Shown here: positions 1 through 15,862 of the stretch, piece after piece
How the letters are laid out: each line of letters begins with the position of its first letter
How positions within the stretch are numbered: position 1 is the stretch's first letter
From: the human T2T-CHM13v2.0 reference genome, Homo sapiens
Length of the DNA: 64,000 bases
Strand: one strand, 5' to 3'
Assembly: GCF_009914755.1 (NCBI RefSeq)
Contig: NC_060929.1
Program-made: the position numbers and the translations under genes
The notes under the pieces: model-generated
The model's database searches: none
What the model was told of the DNA's origin: nothing
What the model saw: the letters and a program-made list of their open reading frames with translations, nothing else

Positions 1-693
1 AACCTCCCTGGTCCAAGCTGTTGTCATTTCTTGCTTACGTTATTGCAAAAATCTACCAATTGATCTCTCTGCTTCCAGTCTTGCTTACCCCGAAGAGCCT
101 ATTCTCAAACAGCAGCTAGAGTTGTCCTGTTGAAACATATAAGTTAGATTGTGTCACATTTCTGCTCAAAATTCCCCATTGATATCCCATCTGACTCAGT
201 AGAAGCTCAAGTTTTTACAACAGCTTACACGGCCTTACCTAATCCACACTCCTGTTTCCTGGCTGACCTTCTTTCCTTCTCCTCTTCTGTTCTATCATTC
301 TGCTGTAGACACACAAGCTTCCTCTCTGTTCCTCAAAATGCCAGTCACACCTGGAATGCTCTTCTCTCAGAAATCTGCAAGGCTTACTCCTTCTTTTCTG
401 CTAAGTCTTTGCTGAAATGAGACCTACCTTGAACTTTCCACTTAAAATTGCAAACCCTTCCCGATTGCCTTCATTACTCCTATCTGTTATTTTCCATAGC
501 ACTCATCACCATCTAACATACCACATGATTCATTATTATATTTATTGTTTACTATTGGTCTCCCCAGAGTAGAATGTAAGCTCCATGAAAACAGATAATT
601 TTGTCTTTTTTGTTCATTGTTGTTTCCATAGCACCTAGAATCCTGCCTACACATAGAAGATGGTCAATAATGATTGTAGGGTGATAAATGAAT
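1..693 (+). mobile_element. LINE-2 3' region
   Basis: L2 3' motifs 'tagaatgtaagctccatga...gcacctagaatcctgcctacacatagaag...tcaataatg...aaatgaat'. Confidence 0.8.
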
Positions 694-753
694 CAAAATT
701 ATCTAGGCTTGTTCTTCCCTGATACTTTTACTATTATTATTAAAATATTTTCC

Positions 754-1048
754 TTTTTTTTTTTTTTTTTAAATTGAGACAGAGTCTCACTCTGTCATCC
801 AGGCTGGAATGCAGTAGTGTGATCTTGGCTCTCTGCCTCCCAGGTTCAAGTGAGTCTCCAGCCTCAGACTCTAGAGTAGCTGGAATTATAGGCATCTGCC
901 ACCACACCTGGCTGATTTTTGTATTTTTAGTAGAAATGGAGTTTTGCCATGTTGGCTAGGCTGGTCTCGAACTCCTGGCTTCAAGCGATCCACCCACTTC
1001 AGCCTCTCAAAGTGCTGGGATTACAGGCATGAGCCACTGCACCCGGCC
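754..1048 (-). mobile_element. Alu (S/J family), full length
   Basis: Poly-T, then reverse-complement dimeric Alu ending 'gagccactgcacccggcc'. Confidence 0.95.
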
Positions 1049-1161
1049 AGCCTTCCTTCTTTTCTTAATGTTCTCCGCTGGGTTCATTCTATCTGAACTC
1101 TATTAGAACTGGTCTTCCATCCTTAGGAGACTTCTGTTTTCTCATATCCCAATGAGCTAGA

Positions 1162-1320
1162 GCTGTGCTTCTCAAACTTCAATGTACCCACATATTACCC
1201 GCATGTTTGTTAAAACGCAAATTCTGATTCGGTAGGTCTGGGTGAGGCCCGAAATTCTGCATTTCTAACAAGTGACACCATCACTGCTGCTCTGTGGGCC
1301 ACACTTTGAGTAGCAAGGAG
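1162..1320. mobile_element. MER5-type hAT-Charlie MITE
   Basis: 'cttctcaaactt...attctgattcggtaggtctggg...ctgcatttctaacaag...cacactttgagtagc'. Confidence 0.75.
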
Positions 1321-4029
1321 GAGTCTGTTTAAAATCTGTCTTAGCACTTTTCCTGCTGTTTTCTGGAAGCCTGGCTTGAATAGGGAGGGCTCTCGCCACC
1401 AGCCATATCCATTGCATTAAACGTTGGTATAATTCTCTATTGTCTTTTCCCTCCAATTTTATATTTGACTTATGTTTTTGGTTCTTCTCCCTGTTGCTTC
1501 TCTGGCTGTCAGGAGCTGGGGTTGTGCCACTGAAAAAGGGTTGCACGTGTAATTCATTATGATAATGAAATCTTTCATCATTGTGCAATTAAGAATGGGC
1601 ATGTCTGGTTTTTACTCTGGGACAACAGCATGGAAGGAACTATTTAAATTAGTGAAAAAATATTAACAGTGAAAAATATAAGTAACACAGGGTTGCTGGT
1701 GAGCAAAATCCCATTGTGTGTGGCACATGTGTGTCTGTGCATGTTATGCCTGACAATGACAAATGTAGCAATTGTTCCCAGTGTTGATTTGCTGGCTGTC
1801 ACCCATGCTGATTTCTGTCTGCTAGTGAGGTGGGTGTGGAAGGAGGAGTAATGAGAACCATTATGCTCTTCAAAGATCCCTTTCTCTATAGTGCTGAGAA
1901 AGGTCTTGGAGGCCTGGCAGGGATAGTAGATAAACATAGTAGCTAGGGACCTTGAGTTGATCATCAAAGCTCCCATTAGTGCAAGGGGTGGAACTTTCCT
2001 TAATAGAAATTACTGCAAATGGATATAGGAGTCATGGGGGTAATTGACTAACCAAGGCATAAGCATGTTTGCAGAAAGGAAAAGCCACAAAACAGTATGC
2101 CTTTGCCCATTAGCCCCAAAATAAAAGTGAGTGGCAATTGCTGGCAATCGATCTTGGACCAAGAGTAGAGCTCTTCAGGATGTCAAATTGCATGGAAATT
2201 ATAACAAGGATGCTAATGTTTATTGAATCTGGTGGACTGTGTCGTTTATGAGTTGGGTGATTTTCCAAGAAATTGTAGTTTACTTATCTTCAGCTTTCTG
2301 TGGTTGAACCGTCTTGGTGATACACCTTGGGGGAAGCTGTCTTCTGGAGCTCCTTTGAGAATGCTCTGCTATTCTTTTTACTGCTGGATTTGAAACTTGA
2401 CTCAGCTTGATGGCCTGGAATTTTACAACGTAAACAATAGTGCTACCCAGTCATGTCTCAACAGCCTTCTGATGGAGAAGTAGATGGAATGTTCTTTCAG
2501 GAAATCAACTTCATGAAGCTCAGCTCTATGCTCAAATGTGGTTCCCAGCCCCTTGGGTTGTGTCTGACTCTCAGTGGAGAGCCAGGTACTCTGATTCTTG
2601 TCTTCAATGGTTGAGGTGACTTTGATAAAGTTCTCTATCCTTGCTGAACCGGAGTCATGTCTCTCCTGAAGATGGGAAAACTATACTTAGTATGTTCCGC
2701 TAGCTTTGAGGATTAGGCATCATCATTTTTGGAAATCAGGGGCTTGGGGTTTGAACACAAAGCATTGATTTGGTATCGCCTCATGAAAACAACATATTTT
2801 GAACATCTAGACCTTTTTTGCCACCATTAAAAAATCCCATCCCTAGACCAACAACCCTGCATTAAGCAGCAGGCTTTGTGCACTGGACCCTGTACAGCTC
2901 AAGCTCTTTAAATATTTACAGTTGGAACCCAGATGTGGCAGGCCTCCTGGGGCTGGCTGGTGCTCCGACCATTCCCTAAGGTCTTTGGGGCATGAACAAG
3001 AATGGAATTTTACTGAAGATTTCAAGAGAAAACAGGGAATATGGTTGGCATCATAGACCACACAATAGAAAGCTAATAAAGCTCTGTCCTCTGCCAGCCA
3101 CCTGTCTCTTAATCCAAACAGCCTCTCAGGACTCTCCTGTCCAGGCTATTCAGCTTGTGTCTGTAACTTATATGCCCCATTCAGCTAAACCAAGCCCTGG
3201 AATTAGTCTTAGAGTGATCATCAAATGCCTCTTGGAAATCTCCTCCCCATCGAAGCTTCTGATTTATTCACCAAGTTAACTTTATTGAGGGTGGGTGAGT
3301 TCACCTACTAAGTAAAGATTTCCTCTATGTTGTTATATACCCTGTCCATTTCTATAGAGGACTGTGAACCTTTTTAAGCACTCCAGGTCTACGTGAAAAC
3401 AAAACTGAATTGCATAGCCTAATACAAGGCATCCTTCATTTCGTTACTGATCATCCTGTTGCCTTCTGGTCTCTCCCTCAAGAGAGTCCTTCAGTCACCC
3501 CCTGAAGTAGGGAAAAATGGTTTTGTGTTCACCTCACCTTTCTTTAACCTGTCGGTAGCCCCCTTCCTGTTCCCCTGTTGAGCCACAACAGCTAGCCTTG
3601 TTCTTCCTGGAAGAAGTCACTCAGATTCTCTCCCTCTCCAGGATTTCTTCACCCCCACCCCCAGCCTTGCTGTGACACTTGAAAGGTGATAATGAATGAC
3701 AATGATGTAATGTGTCACTGCTGCAAGGCTATTTGCATTCAAATAAGGACTCTGGCAGTTGCATGATCTGAACCCAAAAGAGTGACTCCTTCTTAGGGAT
3801 AATTGCAGTCTTTGGGGCAGGCCAACGAAGCCAGGGTTTGGCCTAACTAACATTGTCTATGGATGCCCTTGCACCTCGGTGAGGGCTAGATGCACTGCGT
3901 GAGATGGGTGGATGAGGGAGAAGTGAAAAAACACATTTGACATTACAATATGATTCTATGTTAAATGGCTTGTATGAACTGCTCTGCAATCACAGGGTAC
4001 AAATATCATCACATCTCTTTGACTACCGT

Positions 4030-4110
4030 GTCCGCTGCTATATCCTTAATGTTTTAAATAGTGCCTGGCACATAGTGAATGCTCAATAATTATTTGGGAA
4101 TTGGATGCAT
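4030..4110 (+). mobile_element. L2 3' terminal fragment
   Basis: 'agtgcctggcacatagtgaatgctcaataattattt'. Confidence 0.55.
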
Positions 4111-4749
4111 GGATGGATAGATAGATGATTTAGTTTTCCAACAGATTGCTTAATCTCTTCCTCACAAACGGACTCCAAATATAGTTCTCTTGAGACTTCC
4201 AGTCCTGAAAATGTCTATGAATTCCAGGATATTTTCTTAATCTCAAAAGAACTGGTTGGGGCAGCCAGTCTTCTTTTGATACCAGGGGAATCTGGGGAGA
4301 AATCCCTATGCTGTCTCGGCTGTTTCTTTCTTGCTGCCAGAGGGTGTCGCTGGTGAAGCTGAATTCTGCACGGTCCCATAGGCTCGTTCATCTGAGAGGA
4401 GCCTTCAGTGGTTCTCCAGGGAGGACATTCCACTTCTTGTGGGCTAGACTGGGCCATGCGTACTGAGAGCTCTGGCTGCCAAGACATCAGATTTGATCCT
4501 CTCCTTGAGTTCAGGTGCACAGCCACATCCCAGGGCACAGGCCAACCCTAGGAGGCTGGTGCAAGACTAGTCTTAGCTTCCTGCACTCACAAACCCAGAA
4601 TGCTTGACCCTCTTTCTGGAGATCATTCTCCCAAGGAAGCCTATTTCAGGGGTTCAAGGAGCATTTTCAACCCCTCCCCTTGGCGTGACATGGCTAGAAA
4701 CTTCTTTTACTAAATAGAATCAGTAGTGGTAACAGTAGTAGTGGTAGTG

Positions 4750-5030
4750 ATGCCAATTATGTTATGTGAGGCACCATACAAGAATGTAATCCTTACAATG
4801 ATCCCATGATATAGATATTCTCATTATCCCCACTATAGAGATGAAGAAATCTGAGCACAAAGAAGTTATTTGCCCAGGGTTTCCACTGTACTAAAGAATG
4901 TCATAAAGATTAAGATACAGGCTGCATACTTTCAGAGTGTGTGCACCTAAATACTCCATAATGATTTTCACAGCAAGCCTATGAGATAGTATTAATGGTT
5001 CCATTTAACAGATGAGGAAACTGAGGCTTA
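4750..5030 (-). mobile_element. MIR fragments (two adjacent)
   Basis: MIR core 'attatcccc...agatgaagaaatctgag' and 'ccatttaacagatgaggaaactgaggct'. Confidence 0.7.
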
Positions 5031-5537
5031 GACACTCTCAGATGATTTGAAGCACTGTAGAAAACAGGATTCTGCTCTTGGACAACATAGAAGGATCATG
5101 TGGTTTATTCATACCTTTGGTAGCAAGGTACCCAGAGGCTATGGCCCTGAGATTCCTGCCCTTAGATGTGTCCCCGGTGTTTATTAATTGATCTTACAAT
5201 AATGCATGGATGCAGATGCCCCCATTTGAGACCCTTCCTCTGAACCTTGCCTTAGAAGTATCACTAGGTAGAAAAGATCCCACTAAAACCCCCATAAAAC
5301 AATAACAAAAACATCTGTCCAACCCTACTAAGGTCAGACATGAATATATCAGACCTTACAACACCTTGAGAGAAAAGGCTGTACCAAGATTTGAGGTCCA
5401 GCCTGTACCTTAATTCGAAATTGAATTTTCCCTCCTATACCTATAATTTTAATTTAATTTAAAACTGAGCTAAGTCTTTGGGGGCAAAGTGAGACAATTT
5501 CTTTCTCTGAAAGAGAAAAGGCATTTAGGAGAAAAGC

Positions 5538-6427
5538 TTTTTTTTTTTTAATTAAAATTTAAACTTTAGATTCAGGGGGTATATACACAGGTTCATTATA
5601 GGGGTAGATTGCATAATGCTGAGGTTTGGACTTCTATTGATCCCATCACCCAGATAGTGAACAGAGCACCCAATAGGAAGTTTTTCAGCCCTTGCCCCTC
5701 TCCCTCCCTCCCTCCTTTTGGAGTCCCCATTGTCTGTTGTTCCCATCTTTGTTTGCATGTACTCAAGGTTTAGCTCCCACTTATAAGTGAGAACATGTGA
5801 TATTTGACTTTTGTTTCTGCATTAATTCACTTGGAATAATGGCCTCCAGCTGCACCCATGTTACTGTGAAGGACATGATTTTGTTCTTTTTTATGGCCAA
5901 GTAGTATTCTGTGGTGTATATGTACTACTTTATCCAATCCACCATTGATAGACACCCAGGTTGGCTTCGTGTCTTTGCTATTGTAGATAGTGCTGCTATG
6001 AACATATGAATGCATGTGTCTTTTTCTTTGTTTTGTTTGCAGAAAGGATCTTGTTTTGTCACCCAGACTGGAGTGCAATGGTGAGATCATAACTTGCTGC
6101 AGACTTGATCTCTTGGGCTCAAGTGATCCCCCTGCTTCAGCCTCCCTAGTAGCTGGGACTACAGGCATGTACCACCACGCCTGACTATTTCTTTAATTTT
6201 TATTTTTAGTAGAGATGAGGTCTCACTAAGTTGCCCAGGCTGGTCTTGAACTCCTGAACTCAAGTGATCCTCTTGCCTAGGCATCCCAAAGCATTGGGAT
6301 TATAAGCATGAGCCACTACGCCCAGCCTCGTGTCTTTTTGGTAGAACAATTTATTTTTCTTTGGGTATATACCCACTGATGGGGTTGCTGGGTTGAGTGG
6401 TTATTCTATTTTTAGTTCTTTGAGAAA
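5538..6427 (-). mobile_element. 5'-truncated old primate L1 (L1PA-late/L1PB) 3' end, interrupted by an Alu
   Basis: Poly-T plus reverse L1 3'UTR ('cccacttataagtgagaacatg', 'cctccagctgcacccatg'); TSD taggagaaaag at 5526-5536 and 6428-6438. Confidence 0.9.
6021..6328 (-). mobile_element. AluJ inserted in L1
   Basis: J-type 'ctcttgggctcaagtgatcc'; TSD gtgtcttttt at 6016-6025 and 6330-6339. Confidence 0.92.
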
Positions 6428-7074
6428 TAGGAGAAAAGTCTTGGAGGGCACCTTCAAAGCTTTGCTTCTAAAGGGCCCATGAGCTAATCCTAAACAGCAA
6501 AAGTGTGTGTGGCACTTCTCAGCCTTTATAAAAATAAGATCCCTCTTTGGGAAGCATAAGAAAAAATCCTACCACCAGTTCTCACCCAGTGATGCTGTAT
6601 GCTGGGAATCTTATCCCTTTTAAGAGGAGATTCATTTTTTCTGCATCTTCGGAAACCAAGAAGATTGAGTTAAGTTTTACTGTCAGAAATTTATCTTGGC
6701 AAAGCAGATTTGCTTTCATTTTCTAAATAAAGTGTATTAACCAGTCAGAGAGATTAATTTAATGCTAGTGATTAAACTTGGATTTTTTTTTAAAGAAGAA
6801 CCCCTGTAAGATTGTAAAGAATAACATAGAGTTTTGCTTAATGCTTGGCACATTGTAAGCATTTGATAAGTATTAGGTGGTACTATTCTTGTTATTGCTG
6901 CTATTATCATTATTAGCAGTGGAGGTTCTTGGCTGGCAATCCAATCCTAGCTGCAGATCTGTACTGTGAAAAAGAAATGGAGTTTAGTAATAATGCATAT
7001 AAAGTGCTTTGTATAGTCTCTGGCACAAGGTAAGCATTTAGTAAACTCAAAGCAAATTTCTAAAGTGTAAATTT

Positions 7075-7166
7075 ATTAGGGTAGGTTAAGTTGCTGTAAA
7101 AGAGACCCAAACTTAGTGACTCAAATAAAAGTAAATTTATTTCTCACTTACATTACAAGACCACAT
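7075..7166. mobile_element. MLT1-like MaLR LTR terminal fragment
   Basis: 'gttgctgtaa...cttagtgactcaaataaaa...tttatttctcact'; may resume at about 8110-8400. Confidence 0.45.
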
Positions 7167-7665
7167 TGATATAGTTTGGATGTTTTGTCCCTTCCAAATC
7201 TTACATGAAATGTGATCTCCAATGTTGGAGGTAGGGCCTGGTGGGAGGTGTTTGAGTCATGGAGTGGATCCCTCATAATTGGTTTGGTGCCATCTCCAAG
7301 GTAATAAGTGAGTTCTCGCTCTGAATTCACACTAGATTTTGTTGTTTAAAGAGCCTGACACCTCCTGTCTGCTCACGCTCTCTCTCTCTCTCACTCTCTC
7401 GTGTGCGTGCTCTCTCCCTCCATCCCTCGCTATGTGATACACCTGTTCCGCCTTTGCCTTCCACCATGATTAGAAGCTTCCTGAAGTCTCACCAGGAGCA
7501 GATGCTGGAGCCATGCTTGTACAGCCTGCAGAACCAGGCTTTTCTTTATAAATTGCTTAGTCTCAGGTATTCCTTTATAGCGATGCAAAATGGACTAACC
7601 TCTTTTCTTTATAAATTGCTTAGTCTCAGGTATTCCTTTATAGTGATGCAAAATGGACTAACATA
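7167..7665 (+). mobile_element. MST-family (MSTB-like) MaLR solo LTR
   Basis: Starts 'tgatatagtttggatgttttgtccc', ends 'gcaaaatggactaac'; 61-bp duplication at the 3' end. Confidence 0.9.
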
Positions 7666-8485
7666 CATGTGAATGTTCCAAGTGTTAGAGGAAACTTTTC
7701 AGACAATTTGGTTGTGAGCATGTACTAAAGTTTTATTATGATCATGTGTAGAAGGGAAATGGACCTGAGAAGTCCACCTCCGCAATTCACTTTTGGCAGG
7801 GACATTTTATAGGAAAAGAGGATGGTTAGATAATCATTGTTAGACTAGACACAGAAAGAAAAGAAAGTCTGGTTAAAGGTCACTAGGCTCTTGATTGACA
7901 GTTGGCCACTGAGTGTGTGGGTAATTGGGCATGTAGGTAATTGGTTTTCCAGAGCAAACCTTAATCCTATTAAAGTTCACAGAAAATTGCTTAAGCATTT
8001 TATCAGGAATGTTAACGTCTTAGAAGGTTGTGAAGCAAAAAGATTTTTCTCTCCCAGGTCAAATTTGCAACAATTTTTATTATGTTTTATTATGTTGCAA
8101 ACCTGACCTGCCCTGGATCACTCTGCCCCATTCAGTAATTCAGGACCCTGGTTGATGGCAGTGCTGCCATTTTAAGTATTGGCTTTAACATCCTTCTCAT
8201 CACTGTCAGCAGCCCGTGAGAAGGGGAAAAAGAACAGATCCAGCAACAGAGATTTCTTCTTAAGCAAGTGAGCCAGAAGTTATACTTCTATTCGTACATC
8301 ACGGAGAGCTTAGTTATGTGGCCAAGAAGGTGCACAGAGGGATGAGAAATGCAATTCCTGACTGGTCACCCAAGTTCTAGCTGCAGAGCTTTTACTATAT
8401 GTGAGAAATGGAGTTGGAAACAGCCAGTGGTCTCTGCCATAGCAAGGGTGTGTGCAGCCTTTTTGTTCCCGATGCCCTCCTGTAG

Positions 8486-8702
8486 CAGGAATTGGCAAAC
8501 TGGCCTGCAGGCCAAATCGTATTCACAACCTGTTTTGTAAATAAAGTTTCATTAAAACCCAGACATGCTTATTCATATATTCTCGGTAGCTGATTTCATG
8601 CTACAATGACAGAATTGAGTAGCTGAGATAGAGAGCCCATGGCCTGCAAAGCCTGAAATATTTACTATTTGGTCCTTCGTAGAAAAAGTTCACCAACCCC
8701 TG
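8486..8702. mobile_element. MER58A hAT MITE
   Basis: 'caggaattggcaaact...gtaaataaagttt...gcaaagcctgaaatatttactatttggtcc...caacccctg'. Confidence 0.85.
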
Positions 8703-8729
8703 TTCTAGAGAGGGTTCTGAACTGCCCAC

Positions 8730-10472
<1,743 letters not shown>

Positions 10473-10473
10473 C

Positions 10474-10793
<320 letters not shown>

Positions 10794-11109
10794 AATTCAT
10801 TTCTTAAGCTGTTTTAAGAAAGTTACTGTTAAGTTACTGTTTTAATTGCTGAGATGTGACCTAGTCCACAAGTTCAGAAAATCTGGGAGCTAACCACTTG
10901 CTTGTCCAATTTGATCACTAGAGCAAACACATCTTATGGTAGGAAATGATAAATGTGTGGATTTTTACTGCCTTGCTATCTGTGTGTTTTCAGGTGATTG
11001 CATCACAGAACAGGGGCCAGGGAAGCATGACACAGTGGGAGGAGAATGAGATCTGGAGCACAGATCTGGAAAAAGTATTGGTTCAATCTCTGAACTATGG
11101 AAAATTCTT

Positions 11110-11500
11110 TCCATAGGTTGAGTTTTCAGGAAGCACCCTGTGAGCTGGATTTGTAAATCTCCGAGGCACAGGCAGTAGTGTGAAGTGAGAGGAGGAAGGG
11201 AGGAGGGCCGTTACAGCAAGTGCCATGGAACAGCTTATTTCTGTGAGAAAGTGGCTCAGTTGCTCTCTGGATCTCTGGGAGAAAGTGCAGAACGAGCCTC
11301 ATAGTTGCCCCCCCTAAGGGCCAAAGCCTCTGGAGTATTTACCAACTCCCATTTGTCATTGAGGACTGCACCTGGTGCCATCAACCCCCAGGAACCTCTA
11401 GCTTGCCTTGAGCATGAGTGCAGCTATGATTGGCAAAAGCCTCAGGCAGAGAGTTGAAGACTCTCCCAGTTGGAAGTCATCATCTGCATGGAACAGTGAA
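11110..11500 (-). mobile_element. Old ERVL LTR (LTR16/LTR33-like) fragment
   Basis: 'ggttgagttttcaggaagcaccctgtgagctggattt' resembles the reverse 3' end of LTR16/33. Confidence 0.45.
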
Positions 11501-11694
11501 GAAGAGGCTGTCTTAAAAGAAATGTAAATTTCTGCATCCTAAGCCACCAGCTACCAGTCTCTGCTGGAGGAGGATTAAGACAGTTAATTTTTGGTTATTT
11601 TATACAGTCTACACTGCTTTCTTAGGAAGTTCTGCCTTCACACTCACCTGAGTGGGTATGTCTATGTTCCACGCCTTAAAACTCTGTCTTCCGA

Positions 11695-11992
11695 TTTTTT
11701 TTTTTTTTTTTTTTTTTAAGACAGGGTCTCACTCCACCTAGGCTGCAGTGCAGCGGCGTAATCACGGGTCACTGCAGCCACAACTTCCCCAGGCTCAGGC
11801 TATCCTGCTGCCTCAGCCTCTTGAGTAGCTGGAACTACAGGCGTGTGCCACCATGTCTGGCTAGTTTTTGTATTTTTTGTAGAGATGGGGGTCTCGCCAT
11901 GTTGCCTAGGCTGGTCTCGAATTCCTGGGCTCAAGCAGCCTACAGCCTCCCAAAGTGCTGGGATTACAGGCATGAAGTATCATACCCAGCCT
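11695..11992 (-). mobile_element. AluJ
   Basis: Long poly-T followed by reverse Alu. Confidence 0.93.
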
Positions 11993-12367
11993 TCTCTTCC
12001 CATTCTTATTCCCACCACATTGATTCTGTACTTGTCTCAAAGTTGGCATTGTCTATGGGCTTGTCAATAACCCACGACTTGTTACTAGAATTTGTCTCAA
12101 TTCAAACAAGCAGGGCAGGCCAGGTTCCTTTTTTGCGATATGGAACTGAAAAATAAGGATCCCATTACCAGTTAGCTGTAGGAGCTAGAATTAAAATGTT
12201 AACATATGAAGAGAGGAACACATGAATGATGCAGAAATAATGAGGAAGGTTATTGTTAGAGGAATATAAAGAACAAAAAAGAGAGGGTTAAGAGGCCCAG
12301 CCCTAGATGTGCCTTGTTTCTTGCCTTTCTTGAGTGTGGTTGTTCAAATTTTTCTGCTTTCCCATGA

Positions 12368-12803
<436 letters not shown>

Positions 12804-12820
12804 TGAGTTAATATGAGTGA

Positions 12821-13144
<324 letters not shown>

Positions 13145-13619
13145 AACTGTTATATTATAACTACTATGAAAACGTCCAAGGAAATAAGATCCTGAGAAAA
13201 TGCTAGTCATTAAGTGGAACAGGCTTGTCCTTCCCAGAACAGGCAGTGATAACATCATACAGCTCACTCTATAAGGAAGCTGAATTTTCACCCTCTCAAG
13301 AAAAGAGGAAACCTGATTAAATCCTTTATAGTCATAAGCCCTTGTTCTTTATAAATCAGTTGTGACAGTAAGGAGGTTAGAGGGAGGAAGTTTTAGAAAA
13401 TTTCCTTTAATGAAACTTGATGGAATCCCCTCACCTGGGTTTTTACTGACTTGAGCTGCATTGAGGAACACAGTGTCACCTACCATCCACAGAAGAGGGA
13501 TAGTGATCAAGTAAAAACAGACAAAATGAGTCAGGAGGCCTAACTCGATCCATTCACACTAAACACAGTATGACCCACAATCAGGCCACATTAAATATAT
13601 GTTCCAGCAACACCTCTAC

Positions 13620-13885
13620 AGATACTTACTGAACGTCTTTCATGTCCAGGCTCTGCGCCAGGTGTCAACAACACAGAAGTGAGTAAGGCAGACGTGTTCC
13701 TGCGCTGAGAGAATGCGAGTCCTTGGGGGAAGATGGACACTGATTCATAAGCATCTCGAGTGTTACTGGAGGGAAGGGCATGAGAGCAGGTCAGGGAAGG
13801 CCTCCTCAAGAAACTTTTTTTAAAAGCTGAGATGAAGAATGAGCAGGGGCAAGAGGCTTTAGGAATAAGGTTACTATGTAGAGGA
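13620..13885 (-). mobile_element. L2 fragment
   Basis: 'atacttactgaac...tgtccaggctctgcgccagg...tcagggaaggcctcct...gctgagatgaagaatgag'. Confidence 0.6.
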
Positions 13886-13934
13886 AAAGGGCAGTCTCCT
13901 ATTGGGTTTCATGTGATGATTCCTTTGTGCAGCT

Positions 13935-14492
13935 AATGCCCCACCTCTAACCTCCCACGGTGCTCTCCGTTCTCAACAGCAGGTCACCCATTTTTGGAGT
14001 AGTGGGTAGTTTTTGATCACCTGTTTGTTCTTTGCAACAGATGCTGTTGGTGCCTGCATACCTCCCCTTAGCCCTCCATAGAGAACTTCTGCAGACAGCT
14101 TCCTTCCAGGCCCAGGGCCATCCTGCATCTGCCTGCATGGGTTTGCCATCTGCAGAGACTAAGGGGGCCAAGTGGGGGTAGGCCAGAGGTATAGGAGAGT
14201 TGGCAGCCCTTGTGGATTCTCTATTGATGTGGGACAAGAGTTGGAGGATAAATATCCCAGCTTCCTCACCCTCCAGTGGGACAATTCTCGGGTGTGTTTT
14301 TGAAGCCTCTCAGAAGATCCCAAATGGGGCAGAGGACCCAGCTACCTTAGTAAGATGTCTTTAATTGGCTCTCCTCCCTTCCTGCCTGCTTTCTGCTTCA
14401 CTTCCTCACAGTGCTTCCTGGAATCACCTTCATAAACATGTCCTGAAATCCTCACCTCAGCATCTGCTTTGGAGGGGGAGCCACCCTGAGAC
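13935..14492 (+). mobile_element. ERVL LTR16-like solo LTR
   Basis: 'ataaatatcccagcttcctcaccctc...gggacaattct' and 3' end 'tcctcacctcagcatctgctttgg...ctgagaca'. Confidence 0.6.
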
Positions 14493-14642
14493 AGTCTTCA
14501 AGCTCTGTATGTGGCTTTCAAGCTGATTGTCATTATTGTGTCTTTTGCTTGGGATTCCTGGAGCAGAAAGGAAGGGGTGGGGGGTTGAGAACTTACCTTT
14601 TCAGATACCCTGTTCATCTCATAATCATAAGGCTGGGGGTTT

Positions 14643-14680
14643 GTGTGTGTGTGTGTGTATGTGTGTGTGTGTCTGTCTGT
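14643..14680. repeat. (TG)n microsatellite
   Basis: Direct reading. Confidence 0.9.
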
Positions 14681-14792
14681 TTGATTAAAAGTAGATCCTC
14701 ATTAGCTATTGGAAAGTAGTGTGCCAAGAAGGGAAGAGGGATCACCAGTGTGAATGTTGCTGAGAGAAGAAGGAAGATAAAGATTACGGAAT

Positions 14793-15113
<321 letters not shown>

Positions 15114-15704
15114 AAAGATTACGGAATGATCTTTGGATTTAGTGAGGAGATCTTTGGTTGCACTCATATGGGCTACTTTCATGGAATGTTGGTGCCAAAC
15201 ACATTGGAATGAATTAGTGATTATCTCTGATTGTTTTTCAGCCTTCCTCCTTCTTACACAAACGCAAAGTCACTGAAAGCAAATTTATCTAGTTTGGTTT
15301 TTTAGTAAGTGGAGATTGAAACCAAAGATCAATATCATTTGACAGATGGTGGCCATGAACCAGTATTGAAACATCTGCCCAGTTCCAACTATCCTCTGAT
15401 TCCCATCTTCTTACCATCACCTCCTGGCAGCGGGCTAGGATGCAATGTTAACTTTTAAAAACATATTTTTGCATGGGAAATAACGGGAAGGGATAATGTA
15501 CTTGATTTTCTTTTCATACTGCCTAATTGTCTTCAAGTAACATCAAAACTTGGAATTCTAGCTTAGAAAGTAGAAAACAAAAAAAAAAGGAGAGATCCTC
15601 TTTAGGAGGCTGTTAAGGACATCTATCTCAGCGATTCTAAGCGAAACTTCTCCAGAAGTCTTAGCCTGAAAAGTAAAGAACAAGGCAGATAAACCCAAGG
15701 GGAT

Positions 15705-15862
15705 GAGCCCTGACCTGAGAGTCTAGGGACCTGAGATCGGGTGCTATAATAGAGTCACTCCCTGTGTGACCTGGGGCAGGAGACTCTTCCTTTATGGGCC
15801 TTGGTTTCCTCATCTATGAAGTGGCGAGGTTGAACTAAGTGGACTTTGGCATCAAGATTCTA
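15705..15862 (+). mobile_element. MIR/MIR3 fragment
   Basis: 'tgtgtgacctggggcag...gggccttggtttcctcatctatgaa...ttgaactaa'. Confidence 0.65.

Noticed and set aside
7684-8105. Possible additional antisense ERV LTR between the MST and MLT1 pieces
   Set aside because: It begins with TG and has an LTR-like composition, but I could not confirm the family or termini.
14589-14602. Strong minus-strand splice donor (AAG/GTAAGT); other isolated donors at about 40810 (-) and 55436 (+)
   Set aside because: No matching acceptor or coding frame could be established. lncRNA exons cannot be excluded without RNA data.
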